From Thermoanaerobaculia bacterium (lineage in GTDB: Bacteria > Acidobacteriota > Thermoanaerobaculia > Multivoradales > Multivoraceae), in the NCBI GenBank assembly GCA_963664405.1, contig OY761158.1, forward strand, positions 3,552,001 to 3,616,000: a stretch of DNA of 64,000 nucleotides. Reading direction: 5' to 3'. A model generated the notes under the pieces. That model ran no database searches. It was not told the origin of the DNA and was given only the letters and a program-made list of their open reading frames with translations. The translations under genes were made by a program, and so were the position numbers. This document shows, in pieces, positions 10,700-21,595 of this stretch (its first letter is position 1; each line of letters opens with the position of its first letter).

Positions 10700-11757
10700 C
10701 GCGAGACCGCGGTGACTTCTTCGCTGGGCGGACTCTCGTTTCCGTTGTGGTCGATCGCGGTGACGCTATAGAGATAGCTCACGCCGCGCTCGCCACCTTC
10801 ATCGACGGTCTCCGTGGAGCTGGCCGCGTCTTCGGCGAGTCGAGCTGCCCCACTTTGCTCGGTCCGTCGATATACGAAGTAGCCTTCCAGGTCCTCAGCT
10901 TCTACGCGATTCCATAGGAGCCGGATACGGCCCTGCTCCGGAAGGGCCGCCAATCCGGTAGGCGTCTCGGGAGGAAAGCCATCCGCATAGTCGATCGCTA
11001 CTTCCTCGGTGCTCGTACTCTCGATCATCGGCTGTCTGGAAGATACCGAGGTCACGACATAGGTGTGGAGCTGGCCGAAGTCCGCCGTGGAGTCCAGATA
11101 GCTCTCGGCTTCAGCGTTGCCGAGAGGCTGAGTAGAAAAGAGCCCTCCAGCTCCCCGTCGGTAGATGTTGAAGCCCTCCAGCTCGGCTGCCGGAGCCGTC
11201 CACCGAAGTACGACGCCGTCGGCGGTGGCCTCGATCGTCACCGATGTCGGTGGCTGCGGCGGCTGCTCAGGGAGGATGGCGGCGAGATTGGAGGGAGGGC
11301 TCGCGTGTCCACGGGGACCGAAGGTTCGCGCAGCCAGACCGGATACAGACCGCTCCTCGCTCGAAAAAGCCGGCACGCGCACTACGATGCTGCCCCCCGC
11401 CGTCTGCGCCGCGACCTCGTCTCGCTCCCATCGGCCGACGACTCGAGCAGCTTGATCGAAGATCTGCCCGGTTATGGTGGGCGGCTCGTCTTCTTGACCC
11501 TCGGGGATGGGCATATCGAATCTGAGCATCTCGAGTGCTTCTATTCCTTGTAAAGCGAGCCCCCCCATCGTGGTGGTGGGGTAACTCATTCGTAAGACCA
11601 GCTCGTCGCCCCGCTGTTGAACGACGAGGTCGCTGATCTGAGCCGGAATGAGCTTGGGCGGTGGGTGAGGCGTGCCTTTCTTACCGCAGCCGGCGGACAG
11701 GGACAACACCATCCCGGCCGCGGCCACCAAAGCCAACTGACGGCGCTCAAAGGACAT
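10696..11757 (-). CDS. Lipoprotein with fibronectin type III domains
   Basis: Lipobox SAG|C then [10 protein letters not shown]; two FN3-like repeats (VLRW...GFNIYRR; LLW...GYFVYRR...YSVTAID.NGNES). Confidence 0.8.
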   Translation of the reverse strand: MSFERRQLALVAAAGMVLSLSAGCGKKGTPHPPPKLIPAQISDLVVQQRGDELVLRMSYPTTTMGGLALQGIEALEMLRFDMPIPEGQEDEPPTITGQIFDQAARVVGRWERDEVAAQTAGGSIVVRVPAFSSEERSVSGLAARTFGPRGHASPPSNLAAILPEQPPQPPTSVTIEATADGVVLRWTAPAAELEGFNIYRRGAGGLFSTQPLGNAEAESYLDSTADFGQLHTYVVTSVSSRQPMIESTSTEEVAIDYADGFPPETPTGLAALPEQGRIRLLWNRVEAEDLEGYFVYRRTEQSGAARLAEDAASSTETVDEGGERGVSYLYSVTAIDHNGNESPPSEEVTAVSR

Positions 11758-13132
11758 ATCGGCTCAGGTCGTGGTCTTCCACAATCTCCTCCAGGGCTTT
11801 GCGCACGTAGGTCGCATCGATCTTCAAATGCACTCCGTTCATTTCAGGTGCCTCGAAGGACACGTCCTCGAGCACTCGCTCGGTGATCGTCGCCAGACGT
11901 CTGGCGCCGATGTTCTCGGTGCGCGTGTTTATCTCGACCGCCATCCTGGCGAGCTCAGCGACGGCATCATCGGTGAACTCGATGCTCAGTCCCTCGGTGG
12001 ACAGAAGCTCGCGGTACTGGCGGGTGAGCGACGACTCAGGCTCGGTGAGGATGCGAACGAAGTCCTCCTCGGTCAGAGACGAGAGCTCGACTCGAATCGG
12101 GAAGCGCCCTTGTAGCTCGGGGATCATGTCCGAAGGCTTGTTGACGTGGAAGGCGCCGGCGCCGATGAAGAGGATGTGGTCGGTGCGAACCAAGCCGTGC
12201 TTGGTCGACACGGTCGTGCCTTCGACGATAGGAAGAAGATCCCTTTGCACCCCCTCGCGAGACACGTCGGGTCCGTGCCCCCCTTCCCTACCCGCGATCT
12301 TGTCGACCTCGTCGAGAAAGATGATCCCCGCCTGCTCGACGCGTTGGCGCGCCTCCTGGGAGACCTGATGACGGTCGATGAGCTTCTCGGCTTCCTGCTG
12401 CTGCAGGATCTCTCGAGCTTCGCGCACCGGCATCTTTTGCTCGCGCTTCTTGTTGAAGAGTCCTGGCATCAGGTCTTTTAGATTGATGCCGACTTCCTCG
12501 ACTCCTTGGGGGGTGAACATCTCGAAGCTCCGCGCCGAGCCGTCCTCGACCTGTACATCAACGAGTCGCTCGTCGAGCTTTCCTGAGCGAAGTCGATCGC
12601 GGAACTTCTCACGAGTTGCTTGGAGGGCGTCCGGCTGCGCCTCAGCGGTCTGGCTGAAGCCGGAGGGGTCGGTCGTTTGAGCGGTGGGCACTAGGAGGTG
12701 GAGAAGGCGCTCCTCGGCTCGAGCCGTCGCCTCCTCTTGAACGCTCTCGCGCATCTCCGATTTGACCATGTTGATTCCGAGCTCGGTCAAATCGCGGATC
12801 ATCGACTCGACGTCTCGTCCGACATAGCCGACTTCGGTGAACTTGGTCGCCTCCACTTTGAGGAAGGGCGCCTTCACCAGCTTCGCCAGGCGACGCGCGA
12901 TCTCGGTCTTGCCGACGCCGGTGGGACCGATCATGAGGATGTTCTTTGGCACGATCTCTTCCGCGATTTCAGCAGGCAGCTGCTGGCGTCGCCAGCGATT
13001 CCGCAGCGCGATGGCGACGGCCTTCTTGGCGTCCTTCTGACCGACCACGTGCTTGTCCAGCTCACGCGTGATCTGTTTCGGAGTCAGATCGTCGGCCGAG
13101 CTCGCTGGGGCGAACAGACTTGGCAGCTTCAT
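11747..13132 (-). CDS. hslU: ATP-dependent protease ATPase subunit HslU
   Basis: [36 protein letters not shown]; start MKLPS at 13132 overlaps the hslV stop. Confidence 0.97.
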   Translation of the reverse strand: MKLPSLFAPASSADDLTPKQITRELDKHVVGQKDAKKAVAIALRNRWRRQQLPAEIAEEIVPKNILMIGPTGVGKTEIARRLAKLVKAPFLKVEATKFTEVGYVGRDVESMIRDLTELGINMVKSEMRESVQEEATARAEERLLHLLVPTAQTTDPSGFSQTAEAQPDALQATREKFRDRLRSGKLDERLVDVQVEDGSARSFEMFTPQGVEEVGINLKDLMPGLFNKKREQKMPVREAREILQQQEAEKLIDRHQVSQEARQRVEQAGIIFLDEVDKIAGREGGHGPDVSREGVQRDLLPIVEGTTVSTKHGLVRTDHILFIGAGAFHVNKPSDMIPELQGRFPIRVELSSLTEEDFVRILTEPESSLTRQYRELLSTEGLSIEFTDDAVAELARMAVEINTRTENIGARRLATITERVLEDVSFEAPEMNGVHLKIDATYVRKALEEIVEDHDLSRYVL

Positions 13133-13677
13133 TAGCCGAGCTCCTCGATAGTGATCTTGTCGTTGGTGAAGATGCAGAGCTCTGCAGTGATTCTCATCGA
13201 TTCCTCGGCGATCTGCTTTGCTTCGAGCGGAGTGTGGCCGAGGAGTGCCCTCGACGCGGCAAGAGCGTAGTTCGCCCCGGATCCGATTGCCAGCAAGCCG
13301 TCCTCGTCTGGCTCCAGAAGGTCGCCATTGCCCATTACGAGAAAGCTCCGGGTCTTGTTCGCGACGATCATCTGGGCTTCGAGCTGGCGCAGTGCCCTGT
13401 CGGTCCGCCAGTCCATGGCCAACTCGACAACCGCTCGCTCGAAATTGCCTTGATACTCCTCGAGCTTCTTCTCGAAGCGAGAGAACAGAGCCAGAGCGTC
13501 GGCTCCCCCGCCGGCGAAGCCGACAAGCACGCGACCTTTGTCGGCCCGCTTCACCTTGTTGGCAGTGGCCTTGAAGATGGTGTGGCTCTGAGAGTTGGTC
13601 ACCTGACCATCCGCGGCCATCACCGTCTTGCCGTCGCGGCGCACCAGCAGGATCGTGGTGCTCAAAAAGCGGCTCAT
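13132..13677 (-). CDS. hslV: ATP-dependent protease subunit HslV
   Basis: STTIL, ADGQVT, GFAG..ADA, WRTDR, GSGANYA, CIFTN. Confidence 0.97.
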   Translation of the reverse strand: MSRFLSTTILLVRRDGKTVMAADGQVTNSQSHTIFKATANKVKRADKGRVLVGFAGGGADALALFSRFEKKLEEYQGNFERAVVELAMDWRTDRALRQLEAQMIVANKTRSFLVMGNGDLLEPDEDGLLAIGSGANYALAASRALLGHTPLEAKQIAEESMRITAELCIFTNDKITIEELG

Positions 13678-14609
13678 GAACGAATCTCCTTCTGCAATTG
13701 CGCTCGGGGGTGCGAGGAGCGATAAACCTCGAGTAGTCGATCGAGCTCGAGATGAGTGTACTTCTGTGTGGTGCCGAGAGAGCTGTGCCCCAGGAGCTCT
13801 TGGATCGTACGCAGGTCCGCACCTTGTTCGAGGAGGTGGGTGGCAAAAGAGTGGCGCAGAGTGTGTGGGTGGATTCTGCCGCTCAGTGCGGCCTTCTGCA
13901 CGTAGGTGTCGATGCGCCGACGCACCGAGCGATCACTGAGTCGCGCACCACTGCGGTTGAGGAAGATGGGCTCTTCGTTTCCGGGATTCGGGCATTTGCC
14001 GCGCACCTGCTGCCAGACGTCGAGCCAGTTTGAGAGGGCCGCTCGAGCCGGCTTGCCGAAGGGGACCATGCGCTCTTTGCCTCCCTTTCCCAGGACCCGG
14101 AGCACGCGGCCGGCGAGGTCAAGATCTCTCCAATCCAGCGATACCAGCTCTCCTACTCGGAGCCCGCTAGCGTAGAGTAGCTCGAGGATGGCGCGGTCCC
14201 GGAGTCGTAGTGGGCTGTCTCCTTCGGGGGCCTCGAGTAGAAGCTCGATCTCGCGTGGGCGAAGATGTCGAGGCAGAGTCGCGGCGGCTTTCGGTGTCGC
14301 GACCCCCAGCGCCGGGTTGACTCGGACCAGCTCTTCACGTGCTGCCCAGCGGAAGAACGCTCTCACAGCGGAGAGTGCGCGCCCCTGAGCGCGGCGAGAG
14401 AGGCCGCGCTGCGAGAGATGAGCGATGAAGGCGCGGATACAGATCGAGTCGAGCTCTGTGGGCTCGAGGCTCGACCTCTCGCGCTCGAGATAGGTGCTGG
14501 CGAAGTCCAGGAATCTCTCCAGGTCGGAGCCGTACCCCTTCACCGTATGCGGCGAAAGACTCCGCTCGTAGCGGAGATAGTCGTGGAAGGATGCGAGTGC
14601 CCTCTGCAC
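13674..14609 (-). CDS. xerC: Tyrosine recombinase XerC
   Basis: [47 protein letters not shown]; conserved trmFO-xerC-hslVU synteny. Confidence 0.9.
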   Translation of the reverse strand: MQRALASFHDYLRYERSLSPHTVKGYGSDLERFLDFASTYLERERSSLEPTELDSICIRAFIAHLSQRGLSRRAQGRALSAVRAFFRWAAREELVRVNPALGVATPKAAATLPRHLRPREIELLLEAPEGDSPLRLRDRAILELLYASGLRVGELVSLDWRDLDLAGRVLRVLGKGGKERMVPFGKPARAALSNWLDVWQQVRGKCPNPGNEEPIFLNRSGARLSDRSVRRRIDTYVQKAALSGRIHPHTLRHSFATHLLEQGADLRTIQELLGHSSLGTTQKYTHLELDRLLEVYRSSHPRAQLQKEIRS

Positions 14610-14611
14610 GC

Positions 14612-15964
14612 TTAGGTGTCCAACGCCGGAACTGAGGCGACTTCGGCCGTGGGAGTGGTTGCGGTACCCGAGGACGAGGCCCAGTCGAGGAGCGCTTCAC
14701 GTGCGCGGGCCGCGTAGGCGGCCCTCCGATCTCGCTTCGGGACTCGTCTCTCGAGAGGTGGAAAGAGACCGAAGTTGATGTTCGCGGGTTGGAAGCGACG
14801 AGAGGGTGTCTCGGTGATGTGGCGTGCCATGGCACCGAGCGCGGTCGAAGTCGGGAAGGGTAGATGGTCCTGCCCGTAACGCTGGTGGCTGATGTATAGG
14901 CCGACCGCGAGCCCGGTCGCTGCTGACTCGAGGTAGCCCTCGACTCCGGTGATCTGTCCGGCGAGGCGCAGGCTCGGCCTCAGTTTTAGCCGATAGGCCG
15001 GATCGAGGTGGAGAGGAGAGTTGATGAAGGTGTTGCGATGCACTTGGCCTAAGCGCACGAAGACAGCCTCTTCCAAACCGGGGATCTGGCGGAGGATTCG
15101 GCGTTGCTCGGGCCAGGTCAGACGCGACTGAAAGCCCACCAGGCTGTATTGACTGCGGGCTAGGTTCTCTTGGCGCAACTGGACCACCGCGTAGGGGCGT
15201 TCGCCGGCCGGCGTACGCAGGCCAACCGGTTTCATCGGGCCGAAGCGAAGCGTATCTTCGCCGCGTCGGGCCATCTCTTCCAGAGGTAGACAGCCCTCGA
15301 AGAAGAGAGTGCGCTCGAAGTCGCGAAGCGAGACCACCTCAGCCTTGACCAGTTCTTCGATGAAGCTTCGGTATTGGGTACGGTCCATCGCAGCATTCAG
15401 GTAGTCGTCCCCGCCTCCCTTGTCGTAGCGCGAAGCCGCAAAGAGCTGGCTCATGTCGAGGCTGTCGGCCTCGACCACTGGCGAGATGGCGTCGTAGAAA
15501 TAGAGATGCTCACTCCCCAAGAGCTTGGCCAGGCCTGCGGAGAGCTGCGGCGAGGTCAGGGGGCCGGTTGCGAGAACAGCGTCTCCTTCCGGAAGATCGG
15601 TCACCTCATCCCTGCGCAGCTCGATCGAGGGATGTGATTCCACAGTTTCGGTCACGATGCCTGCGAAGAGCTCGCGATCCACGGCCAAGGCACTGCCCGC
15701 GGGGACGGCGCTTCGGCGCGCAGCGCCGACAATAAGCGAGTCGAAGAGCTCCATTTCTCTCTTCAAGAGACCCGCCGCGTGACAGGGGTCGTCGCTGCGT
15801 AGCGAGTTCGAGCACACCAGCTCGGCGAGCTGGCCGGTTTGATGAGCCGGCGTCGAGGACACCGGACGCATCTCCGAGAGGACGACAGGCACACCGCGCG
15901 TGGCGAGCTGATAAGCGCACTCGCTGCCGGCGAGGCCGCCGCCGATGACGTGAACGGGCTGCAC
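14612..15964 (-). CDS. trmFO: Folate/FAD-dependent tRNA m5U54 methyltransferase
   Basis: GGGLAGSE, LVCSNS, FYDAISP, FEGCLP, GPMKPVGL, AGQITGVEGY. Confidence 0.97.
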   Translation of the reverse strand: MQPVHVIGGGLAGSECAYQLATRGVPVVLSEMRPVSSTPAHQTGQLAELVCSNSLRSDDPCHAAGLLKREMELFDSLIVGAARRSAVPAGSALAVDRELFAGIVTETVESHPSIELRRDEVTDLPEGDAVLATGPLTSPQLSAGLAKLLGSEHLYFYDAISPVVEADSLDMSQLFAASRYDKGGGDDYLNAAMDRTQYRSFIEELVKAEVVSLRDFERTLFFEGCLPLEEMARRGEDTLRFGPMKPVGLRTPAGERPYAVVQLRQENLARSQYSLVGFQSRLTWPEQRRILRQIPGLEEAVFVRLGQVHRNTFINSPLHLDPAYRLKLRPSLRLAGQITGVEGYLESAATGLAVGLYISHQRYGQDHLPFPTSTALGAMARHITETPSRRFQPANINFGLFPPLERRVPKRDRRAAYAARAREALLDWASSSGTATTPTAEVASVPALDT

Positions 15965-16075
15965 AGGAGCGATTATAGGACCGCTTTCGGAGGTCTGTTC
16001 TCGGAAACGATGAGGCTTGCCGCCGCGGCAACTCCAGGCGGCCCAAACATGGGTCCAGCTAAAGCTCAGGCAGGT

Positions 16076-17206
16076 TCATATGCGGGTGACTATCTTCGTA
16101 TATCGAGGTCCTGGATGTCGACGCACCCGAGAGTCGATCTCGAGCTCGAGGAGAGAGGCTAGGACCTCGTGAACCGGCACTCCCGCGAGCTGCGCCAATG
16201 GGTCGGCGGCGATGGGATCGCTAGGATCCATCAGCTCGAGGAGTCGGGCGCTGCGCTCACCAAGCTGGTCCAGATTGTTCTTCGACTCATCGACGAATCT
16301 GAGTGCGTCTTTCACCCTCTGTGGAAGCGACTCGAGCAGGTGCTCTGGACACAGAGCGGGATAGGCGCCATCCCAGATCAGTGCGTTGGCGCCTCCGGAT
16401 CTCTCATCGAAGATCCGGCCGGGAACGGCCCAGACGTCCCGGCCGAGCTCGAGGGCGAGGCGGGCGGTGATCAGAGAGCCGGATCGAAGTGCGGCCTGGA
16501 CCACGATCGTGACGACACCGAGGGCGGCGATGATGCGGTTGCGCACTGGAAAGTTCTGAGGCAGTGGCTGGGCTCCCAATGGCAGCTCGCTGAGGATCGC
16601 GCCTTGCTCGGCGATCTGCTCGCGAAGCTTCCGTGAGCCGCGAGGGTAGTCGACATCGATGCCACACCCCAGTACGGCAACAGTTCGTCCATCGGAGCTG
16701 GAGATGGCGGATCTGTGAGCCGCGGTATCGACGCCGCGCGCCAGACCCGAGACAATGCCGAGACCTGCTTGGGCCAGCCTCGAGGCGAAGAGCGCGGCGG
16801 CTTCGATGCCGTAGGCGTCGGCTCTCCGCGATCCGACGATCGCGACAGCGGGCCTCGCTGGCATGCGACCGCGACAGTAAATAACCGGAGGAGGCAAGGA
16901 AAGGTCGCCCAGCTGGGGGGGATAGATTGGGTCCCCTGAGACCCATACCTGGCAGTCTGCCGATCTCGCCTGCTCGAGCTCGAATGCACTGACGGCAGCC
17001 GCGCGTGGGAGAACCTCGAACGCGCGTTGCAGTTGCTCCGGGGGGACCCCGAGCTCGCTCGCGAGACTCGCCGAGGGAAGAGCGCGGCCGTTCGCCCAGC
17101 TCTCGAGGTTGAGGGCGAGACTGCACACGCTGTCCCTACTCAGCTCGAGACAGCGGTTGATGGCGATCTTGATATCGCGTTCTCTCTCAGTCGATAAGAT
17201 GCTCAT
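16076..17206 (-). CDS. dprA: DNA-processing protein DprA
   Basis: VAIVGSR, SGLARGVDTAAH, FPVRNRII, SGSLITA, AVPG; C-terminal winged-helix segment. Confidence 0.95.
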   Translation of the reverse strand: MSILSTERERDIKIAINRCLELSRDSVCSLALNLESWANGRALPSASLASELGVPPEQLQRAFEVLPRAAAVSAFELEQARSADCQVWVSGDPIYPPQLGDLSLPPPVIYCRGRMPARPAVAIVGSRRADAYGIEAAALFASRLAQAGLGIVSGLARGVDTAAHRSAISSSDGRTVAVLGCGIDVDYPRGSRKLREQIAEQGAILSELPLGAQPLPQNFPVRNRIIAALGVVTIVVQAALRSGSLITARLALELGRDVWAVPGRIFDERSGGANALIWDGAYPALCPEHLLESLPQRVKDALRFVDESKNNLDQLGERSARLLELMDPSDPIAADPLAQLAGVPVHEVLASLLELEIDSRVRRHPGPRYTKIVTRI

Positions 17207-17327
17207 AGAAGACGCAGCTGGCGCCAAAGACCTTGCAGATCCTCGGCCCGGAACCAATCTGAAGAGGCGGGTGCTGATGTATACTGACTAGACGGCCTGG
17301 CGAAGGCAGTCCGGGAAAGCTCTTCTA

Positions 17328-17756
17328 ATGAGGCGCAAGCTCACTTTACTGGCCCCGGTACTCGTGCTCTTCTCGGCGATCCTACCGGCGAAGCCAAAGC
17401 AGGTCCTACCCAAAGATCAGCTCGCCTTCGGCATAGACATGGCGGAGAGAGGTCTTTGGAGCGAGGCGCTCTTTCGCTTCCGGCAGGCAGAGAAGCTCGG
17501 CGACAATCGGTCGGTTGTGTTCAACAACATCGCGGTCGCCTACGAGGCGCTCGGGGTTTTTGAAAAAGCCGAGGACTACTATCGTCAGGCTCTCGATGTT
17601 GATCCGAGAAATACCGACCTGCGGCGCAACTACTCTCGCTTCGTAGAGTTCTATCAGAGCTTCAAGCCGGACGAGACAGAAGAGGCGGGCGCCGAGGGCG
17701 AAGCGGCTGAAGCCGCGCCCCAGGGCGAGTCCGGCGAGCCGAGGACCGGGTCCTGA
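17328..17756 (+). CDS. Secreted tetratricopeptide repeat protein
   Basis: Signal peptide; TPR pattern NNIAVAYEALG.FEKA..YY.QAL..DP.N. Confidence 0.8.
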   Translation: MRRKLTLLAPVLVLFSAILPAKPKQVLPKDQLAFGIDMAERGLWSEALFRFRQAEKLGDNRSVVFNNIAVAYEALGVFEKAEDYYRQALDVDPRNTDLRRNYSRFVEFYQSFKPDETEEAGAEGEAAEAAPQGESGEPRTGS

Positions 17757-17878
17757 TCTTCGGTTGTATTAGCCGGGGGACGGGCCCGACCTCGTTGGGT
17801 GACGCCGCCAGGGACAGCGGCACCCTTTTGCGGGCTTCTAGTTCTGGTCCGATTCTTGCCTATGTGAAGGAGCAGAGA

Positions 17879-18580
17879 ATGATGACACGCCGAGTACTGC
17901 TTTGTTTGTTGGGTGTCTTGCTGCTTGGACTGCCGGCCGCCCTATCGGCCAAGAAGAAAGAGGTGCGTCTCACCCTGCCGGTCCGTGCGCGACTCGATCT
18001 GACCAATCGAAGCTCCTTGCTTGCTGCTCCCTTTCTGGTCGTGCGCCAGGAGGGGGAGGGGCGTATCGAGGGCAGCAATATAGACGTCCAGAGGGAGTTC
18101 GAGCGCTACCTCGAAAAGATCCTCAGGCGTGACACCGATCTTCGTATCGTCGAGTCGGGGCCGATCGACTACCCCACTTATGACTTACGCATGCTTGCCC
18201 GCGACGCTGACTTCTGGAAGGTGCTCGGTGAGCGCATGCAGGCGGATCTCATCCTCACCGGAAGCCTCGACTTCGACATCCAGGATCGAAGTGGCTACCG
18301 TACTGAGGAGTACATATCTCCGTTCGACGGACGCACCTATTACCGACAGGTTCTCGTCGAACAGACCGGATTCGAGTACGACATCGTCGTGCGGGTCTTC
18401 GACGGTAAGACGGGCGAGCAGATTTACACTGACAACTTCAAGGACTTCAAGAGCTTCGAGGGCGAGCGCGCAGACCCCTTGGCGGGTATGTTCGAGAATC
18501 TCTACGCTCTCGAGGACCGACTCCTTGGCATCTTCGTCCAAAAGAAGGTGGCGGCGACGCGGATCCTTCTTACGGGCTGA
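17879..18580 (+). CDS. Secreted hypothetical protein (possible CsgG/TolB-N-like alpha/beta fold)
   Basis: AAGGAG RBS before ATG 17879; signal peptide; LGERMQADLILTGSL and VRVFDGKTGEQIY motifs. Confidence 0.7.
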   Translation: MMTRRVLLCLLGVLLLGLPAALSAKKKEVRLTLPVRARLDLTNRSSLLAAPFLVVRQEGEGRIEGSNIDVQREFERYLEKILRRDTDLRIVESGPIDYPTYDLRMLARDADFWKVLGERMQADLILTGSLDFDIQDRSGYRTEEYISPFDGRTYYRQVLVEQTGFEYDIVVRVFDGKTGEQIYTDNFKDFKSFEGERADPLAGMFENLYALEDRLLGIFVQKKVAATRILLTG

Positions 18581-18613
18581 TTCTTCTTAAGGGCTGAGAC
18601 GGGGAGGTTCAGG

Positions 18614-21595
18614 ATGGCTGCATTGTTGAGAGCGTTTCGCGGGGCGGGCATCGTCCGCATGACGGCATTCGTCCGCACCGCGGCAATCGTTGCGTTCCTT
18701 GGCTTTCTGGTGCAGGCACCTGTGTCTGGCCAGTACTACAACAATTTCGGCAAGAACAAGGTTCGTTACGCCAAATTCGACTGGCGTACCTATCACGCTC
18801 CCCATTTCGACGTTTGGTATTACCCGGAGGAGGAGCATCTACTGGAAAAGGTCACTTCTCTGGCTGAGAGTGCTTACGACAGCCTCTCCCAGGAGCTCGA
18901 TTTCCAGATCCAGCAGCCGACGCCCTTCATTATTTACAAGACCCACACCGATTTTCTGCAAAACAACATCATCGTCAACTTCATCCCCGAGGGCGTCGGC
19001 GCTTTCGCGACACCGAACTTCTTTCGGATGGTGATGCCGATAGACCTTCCGGATCCAGAGCTCTACGCTCTGATCCGCCATGAGCTGACTCACATTTTCC
19101 AGTACCACATCCTATTCTCCGGCAGCCTGGGCAAGTCTCTGACATCAGCCCCGCCGCAATGGTTCATGGAAGGGATGGCGAGCTACTACGCCAAGGATGA
19201 GTCGGCGGCCGACAAGATGTATCTCGTCGACGCTGTCGTCAACGACCTCCTGCCGCCAATTACGGAAGGACAAGTCGGTGGCTTTTTTGCCTATCGCTAC
19301 GGCCACGCTGCTTTCGATTTCATCGAGGAGCGCTGGGGCAAAGACGGATTGCAGGACTTTCTTTACGAATTCCGCAACACCCTCGGTGCCCGCGTCGGAA
19401 GGGCTGTCGAGCGGGCCTTCCGGATCGAGCCAGAGGACTTCGACGCCGAGTTCCGTCGCTGGCTGCGCCAGAAGTATCTTCCTCAGTTGGTGGCGACAGG
19501 AGAACCGAGCGACTTCGGACGGCCGTTTCGAACCCAGGGAGGCAACAGCCAGGAGACCTCGCCGATCGCATCGCCGTCGGGAGATCTGGTGGCCGCCTTC
19601 AGTACCGTCAAGGGCGATTTGGACCTGGTGCTTTTCGACGCAGAGAATCGGCGGCTGCTGCGCAACCTCACCAAGGGAAGCGAGAGTCAGTACCAAAACC
19701 TCATAGCGCAGCATCTGACGATCGGGTCTCGGATGGGCCGTGACATTGCTTTCTCTCCCGATGGGAACTTCCTGGCCGCGTTCGCCTCGAAGCGTGAGGC
19801 CGGCAGAGCTCTGGTTATCGTCAATGTGGTCAAGGGCGGCATCCAGCGGGTTATCGATATGGAGGTCGAGCAACAGCAGTCGCCGGCGTGGAGCCCGGAT
19901 GGTAAGAAGATCGTGTTTTCGGGAAACACCGAAGGCGTCTTCGACTTGTTTCTGCTCGATGTGGAAACTCTAGAGATCCAGAACGTCACCAATGACCCGA
20001 TTTTCGACGGTGGTCCGTCCTTTTCTCCGGATGGATCGACCCTGGTATTCAGCTCGGTGATCGGTGAGCATGCTCAGCTTTTCGGCCTCAATCTCGAGTC
20101 GGGTGAGCGCAGGCGAATGGTGAGCTACGAGTCCGACGACATCGACCCCATTTTCTCGTCCGACGGTCAGCGCATTTACTTCACTTCCGATCGCGACGGC
20201 GCCAACAACATTTTCAGTGTCGACATCGCGAGTGGGAATGTCCGCCAACACACCAATGCCGTGACCGGCTGTTTCATGCCGGCGGTTCTTCCTCAGCCGG
20301 ATGGTAGCGACGAGCTGGTGTTCACCGGTTACTGGAAAGGGCGCTTCGATCTCTATATGGCGGATATCGAGGAGCCGATCGGAGAGACTCAGGTCGCCGA
20401 GGTCGTCGATGCCGGGCCGGTACTCCCTGAGGACCTGCCTGTCTTCGAGCCCGACATTCAGATCTCTCTCGACGAGAGCAACAAAGAGGCGAAGAAGGGC
20501 TTCAAGCTGTACCTCGAAGATGCCGGCGGCGGCATCGGCGTCGATGACGACCAGACTTTCATTGGGCAGGTCTATCTTCAGTTCAGCGACTTCTTTGGGG
20601 ATCGGCGTCTGCTCGCCATCTTCTCTTCGGTATCGAGCTTCCAGAACTTCGACGTGATCTACAGCGATCTGTCTCGTCGCACCCAGCGCTCGCTCCATGT
20701 CTTCGACAATCGAGACTTCTATATCGGCAATACCATCGATCCTTTCACCGGCACCATCGATCGCGGTAGAGAGGCCTTCAAGCAGACCGGAGCTAGAGCC
20801 TCGCTCACTAGGCCCTTCAGCTTCTACCGACGCGGAACGGTCGGGCTCGGTTATACCTTTCGCGACATCAACTACCAATCCTTCGCGCCGATCAATCTAG
20901 ACAACATCGACAACCCGGACATCATCGATGAGATCGTGATCGGCCCCGACGGCCAGGCCTACATCCCCGTCGTCGTGCCTCGGGATGACGACTTCCCGGT
21001 GGTGAACGCGGAGCTGGTCGGCGACACGACCGTTTTCGGCTCCTGGGGTCCGCAGAGCGGCCATCGCTACCGCTTCTACACCGACTATGCTCCCGACCTC
21101 GAGGACTCGGGAACTCTGACCTCACGCATCTTCTTAGATGTGAGGCAGTACCTGCCTACGACCCGTCGCAGCGGCTTTGCATTCCGTCTCTTTGCGGGTG
21201 TTTCCGAAGGTAACTTCGCACAGCCTTATTACTTCGGTGGTTTCGACACGGTGCGCGGCTACGAGCTCTACGAGCTGGTCGGTGACAGGGCCTTTTACGG
21301 CAACATCGAGTGGCGCTTTCCGCTGATCGACTTCCTGGCTACCCCCATCCTCAATTTTCAGGGAATCCGGGGCCGGATCTTCTTCGATATCGGTGGCGCC
21401 TGGTACGACCAATTCCAGGACTTCAACTTCTACGACTCGGAGAACGATCGGCTCGACGATGCTGTAGCTGCCTACGGGTTGGGCTTCACGCTCCAGTTCT
21501 TCGGTCTGAATCTCAACTGGGACTTCGCCAAGCAGTGGGACTTCGAGACTGCGGGTGATTTGCGAACCAGCTTCTGGATCGGCCAACGGTTCTGA
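18614..21595 (+). CDS. Outer-membrane Omp85/BamA-family protein with N-terminal gluzincin-like peptidase and PD40/TolB-like beta-propeller
   Basis: Signal peptide; HELTH...WFMEGMA; repeated P.(W/F)SPDG; GFDTVRGY barrel motif; C-terminal IGQRF. Confidence 0.85.
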   Translation: MAALLRAFRGAGIVRMTAFVRTAAIVAFLGFLVQAPVSGQYYNNFGKNKVRYAKFDWRTYHAPHFDVWYYPEEEHLLEKVTSLAESAYDSLSQELDFQIQQPTPFIIYKTHTDFLQNNIIVNFIPEGVGAFATPNFFRMVMPIDLPDPELYALIRHELTHIFQYHILFSGSLGKSLTSAPPQWFMEGMASYYAKDESAADKMYLVDAVVNDLLPPITEGQVGGFFAYRYGHAAFDFIEERWGKDGLQDFLYEFRNTLGARVGRAVERAFRIEPEDFDAEFRRWLRQKYLPQLVATGEPSDFGRPFRTQGGNSQETSPIASPSGDLVAAFSTVKGDLDLVLFDAENRRLLRNLTKGSESQYQNLIAQHLTIGSRMGRDIAFSPDGNFLAAFASKREAGRALVIVNVVKGGIQRVIDMEVEQQQSPAWSPDGKKIVFSGNTEGVFDLFLLDVETLEIQNVTNDPIFDGGPSFSPDGSTLVFSSVIGEHAQLFGLNLESGERRRMVSYESDDIDPIFSSDGQRIYFTSDRDGANNIFSVDIASGNVRQHTNAVTGCFMPAVLPQPDGSDELVFTGYWKGRFDLYMADIEEPIGETQVAEVVDAGPVLPEDLPVFEPDIQISLDESNKEAKKGFKLYLEDAGGGIGVDDDQTFIGQVYLQFSDFFGDRRLLAIFSSVSSFQNFDVIYSDLSRRTQRSLHVFDNRDFYIGNTIDPFTGTIDRGREAFKQTGARASLTRPFSFYRRGTVGLGYTFRDINYQSFAPINLDNIDNPDIIDEIVIGPDGQAYIPVVVPRDDDFPVVNAELVGDTTVFGSWGPQSGHRYRFYTDYAPDLEDSGTLTSRIFLDVRQYLPTTRRSGFAFRLFAGVSEGNFAQPYYFGGFDTVRGYELYELVGDRAFYGNIEWRFPLIDFLATPILNFQGIRGRIFFDIGGAWYDQFQDFNFYDSENDRLDDAVAAYGLGFTLQFFGLNLNWDFAKQWDFETAGDLRTSFWIGQRF

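Noticed and set aside
11747-13846. 699-aa ORF as an N-terminally extended HslU
   Set aside because: The extension overlaps hslV and xerC in another frame; HslU homology starts at the ATG at 13132
13674-14609. Tyrosine recombinase as a prophage or island integrase
   Set aside because: It sits in the housekeeping trmFO-xerC-hslVU context with no att sites or mobile genes
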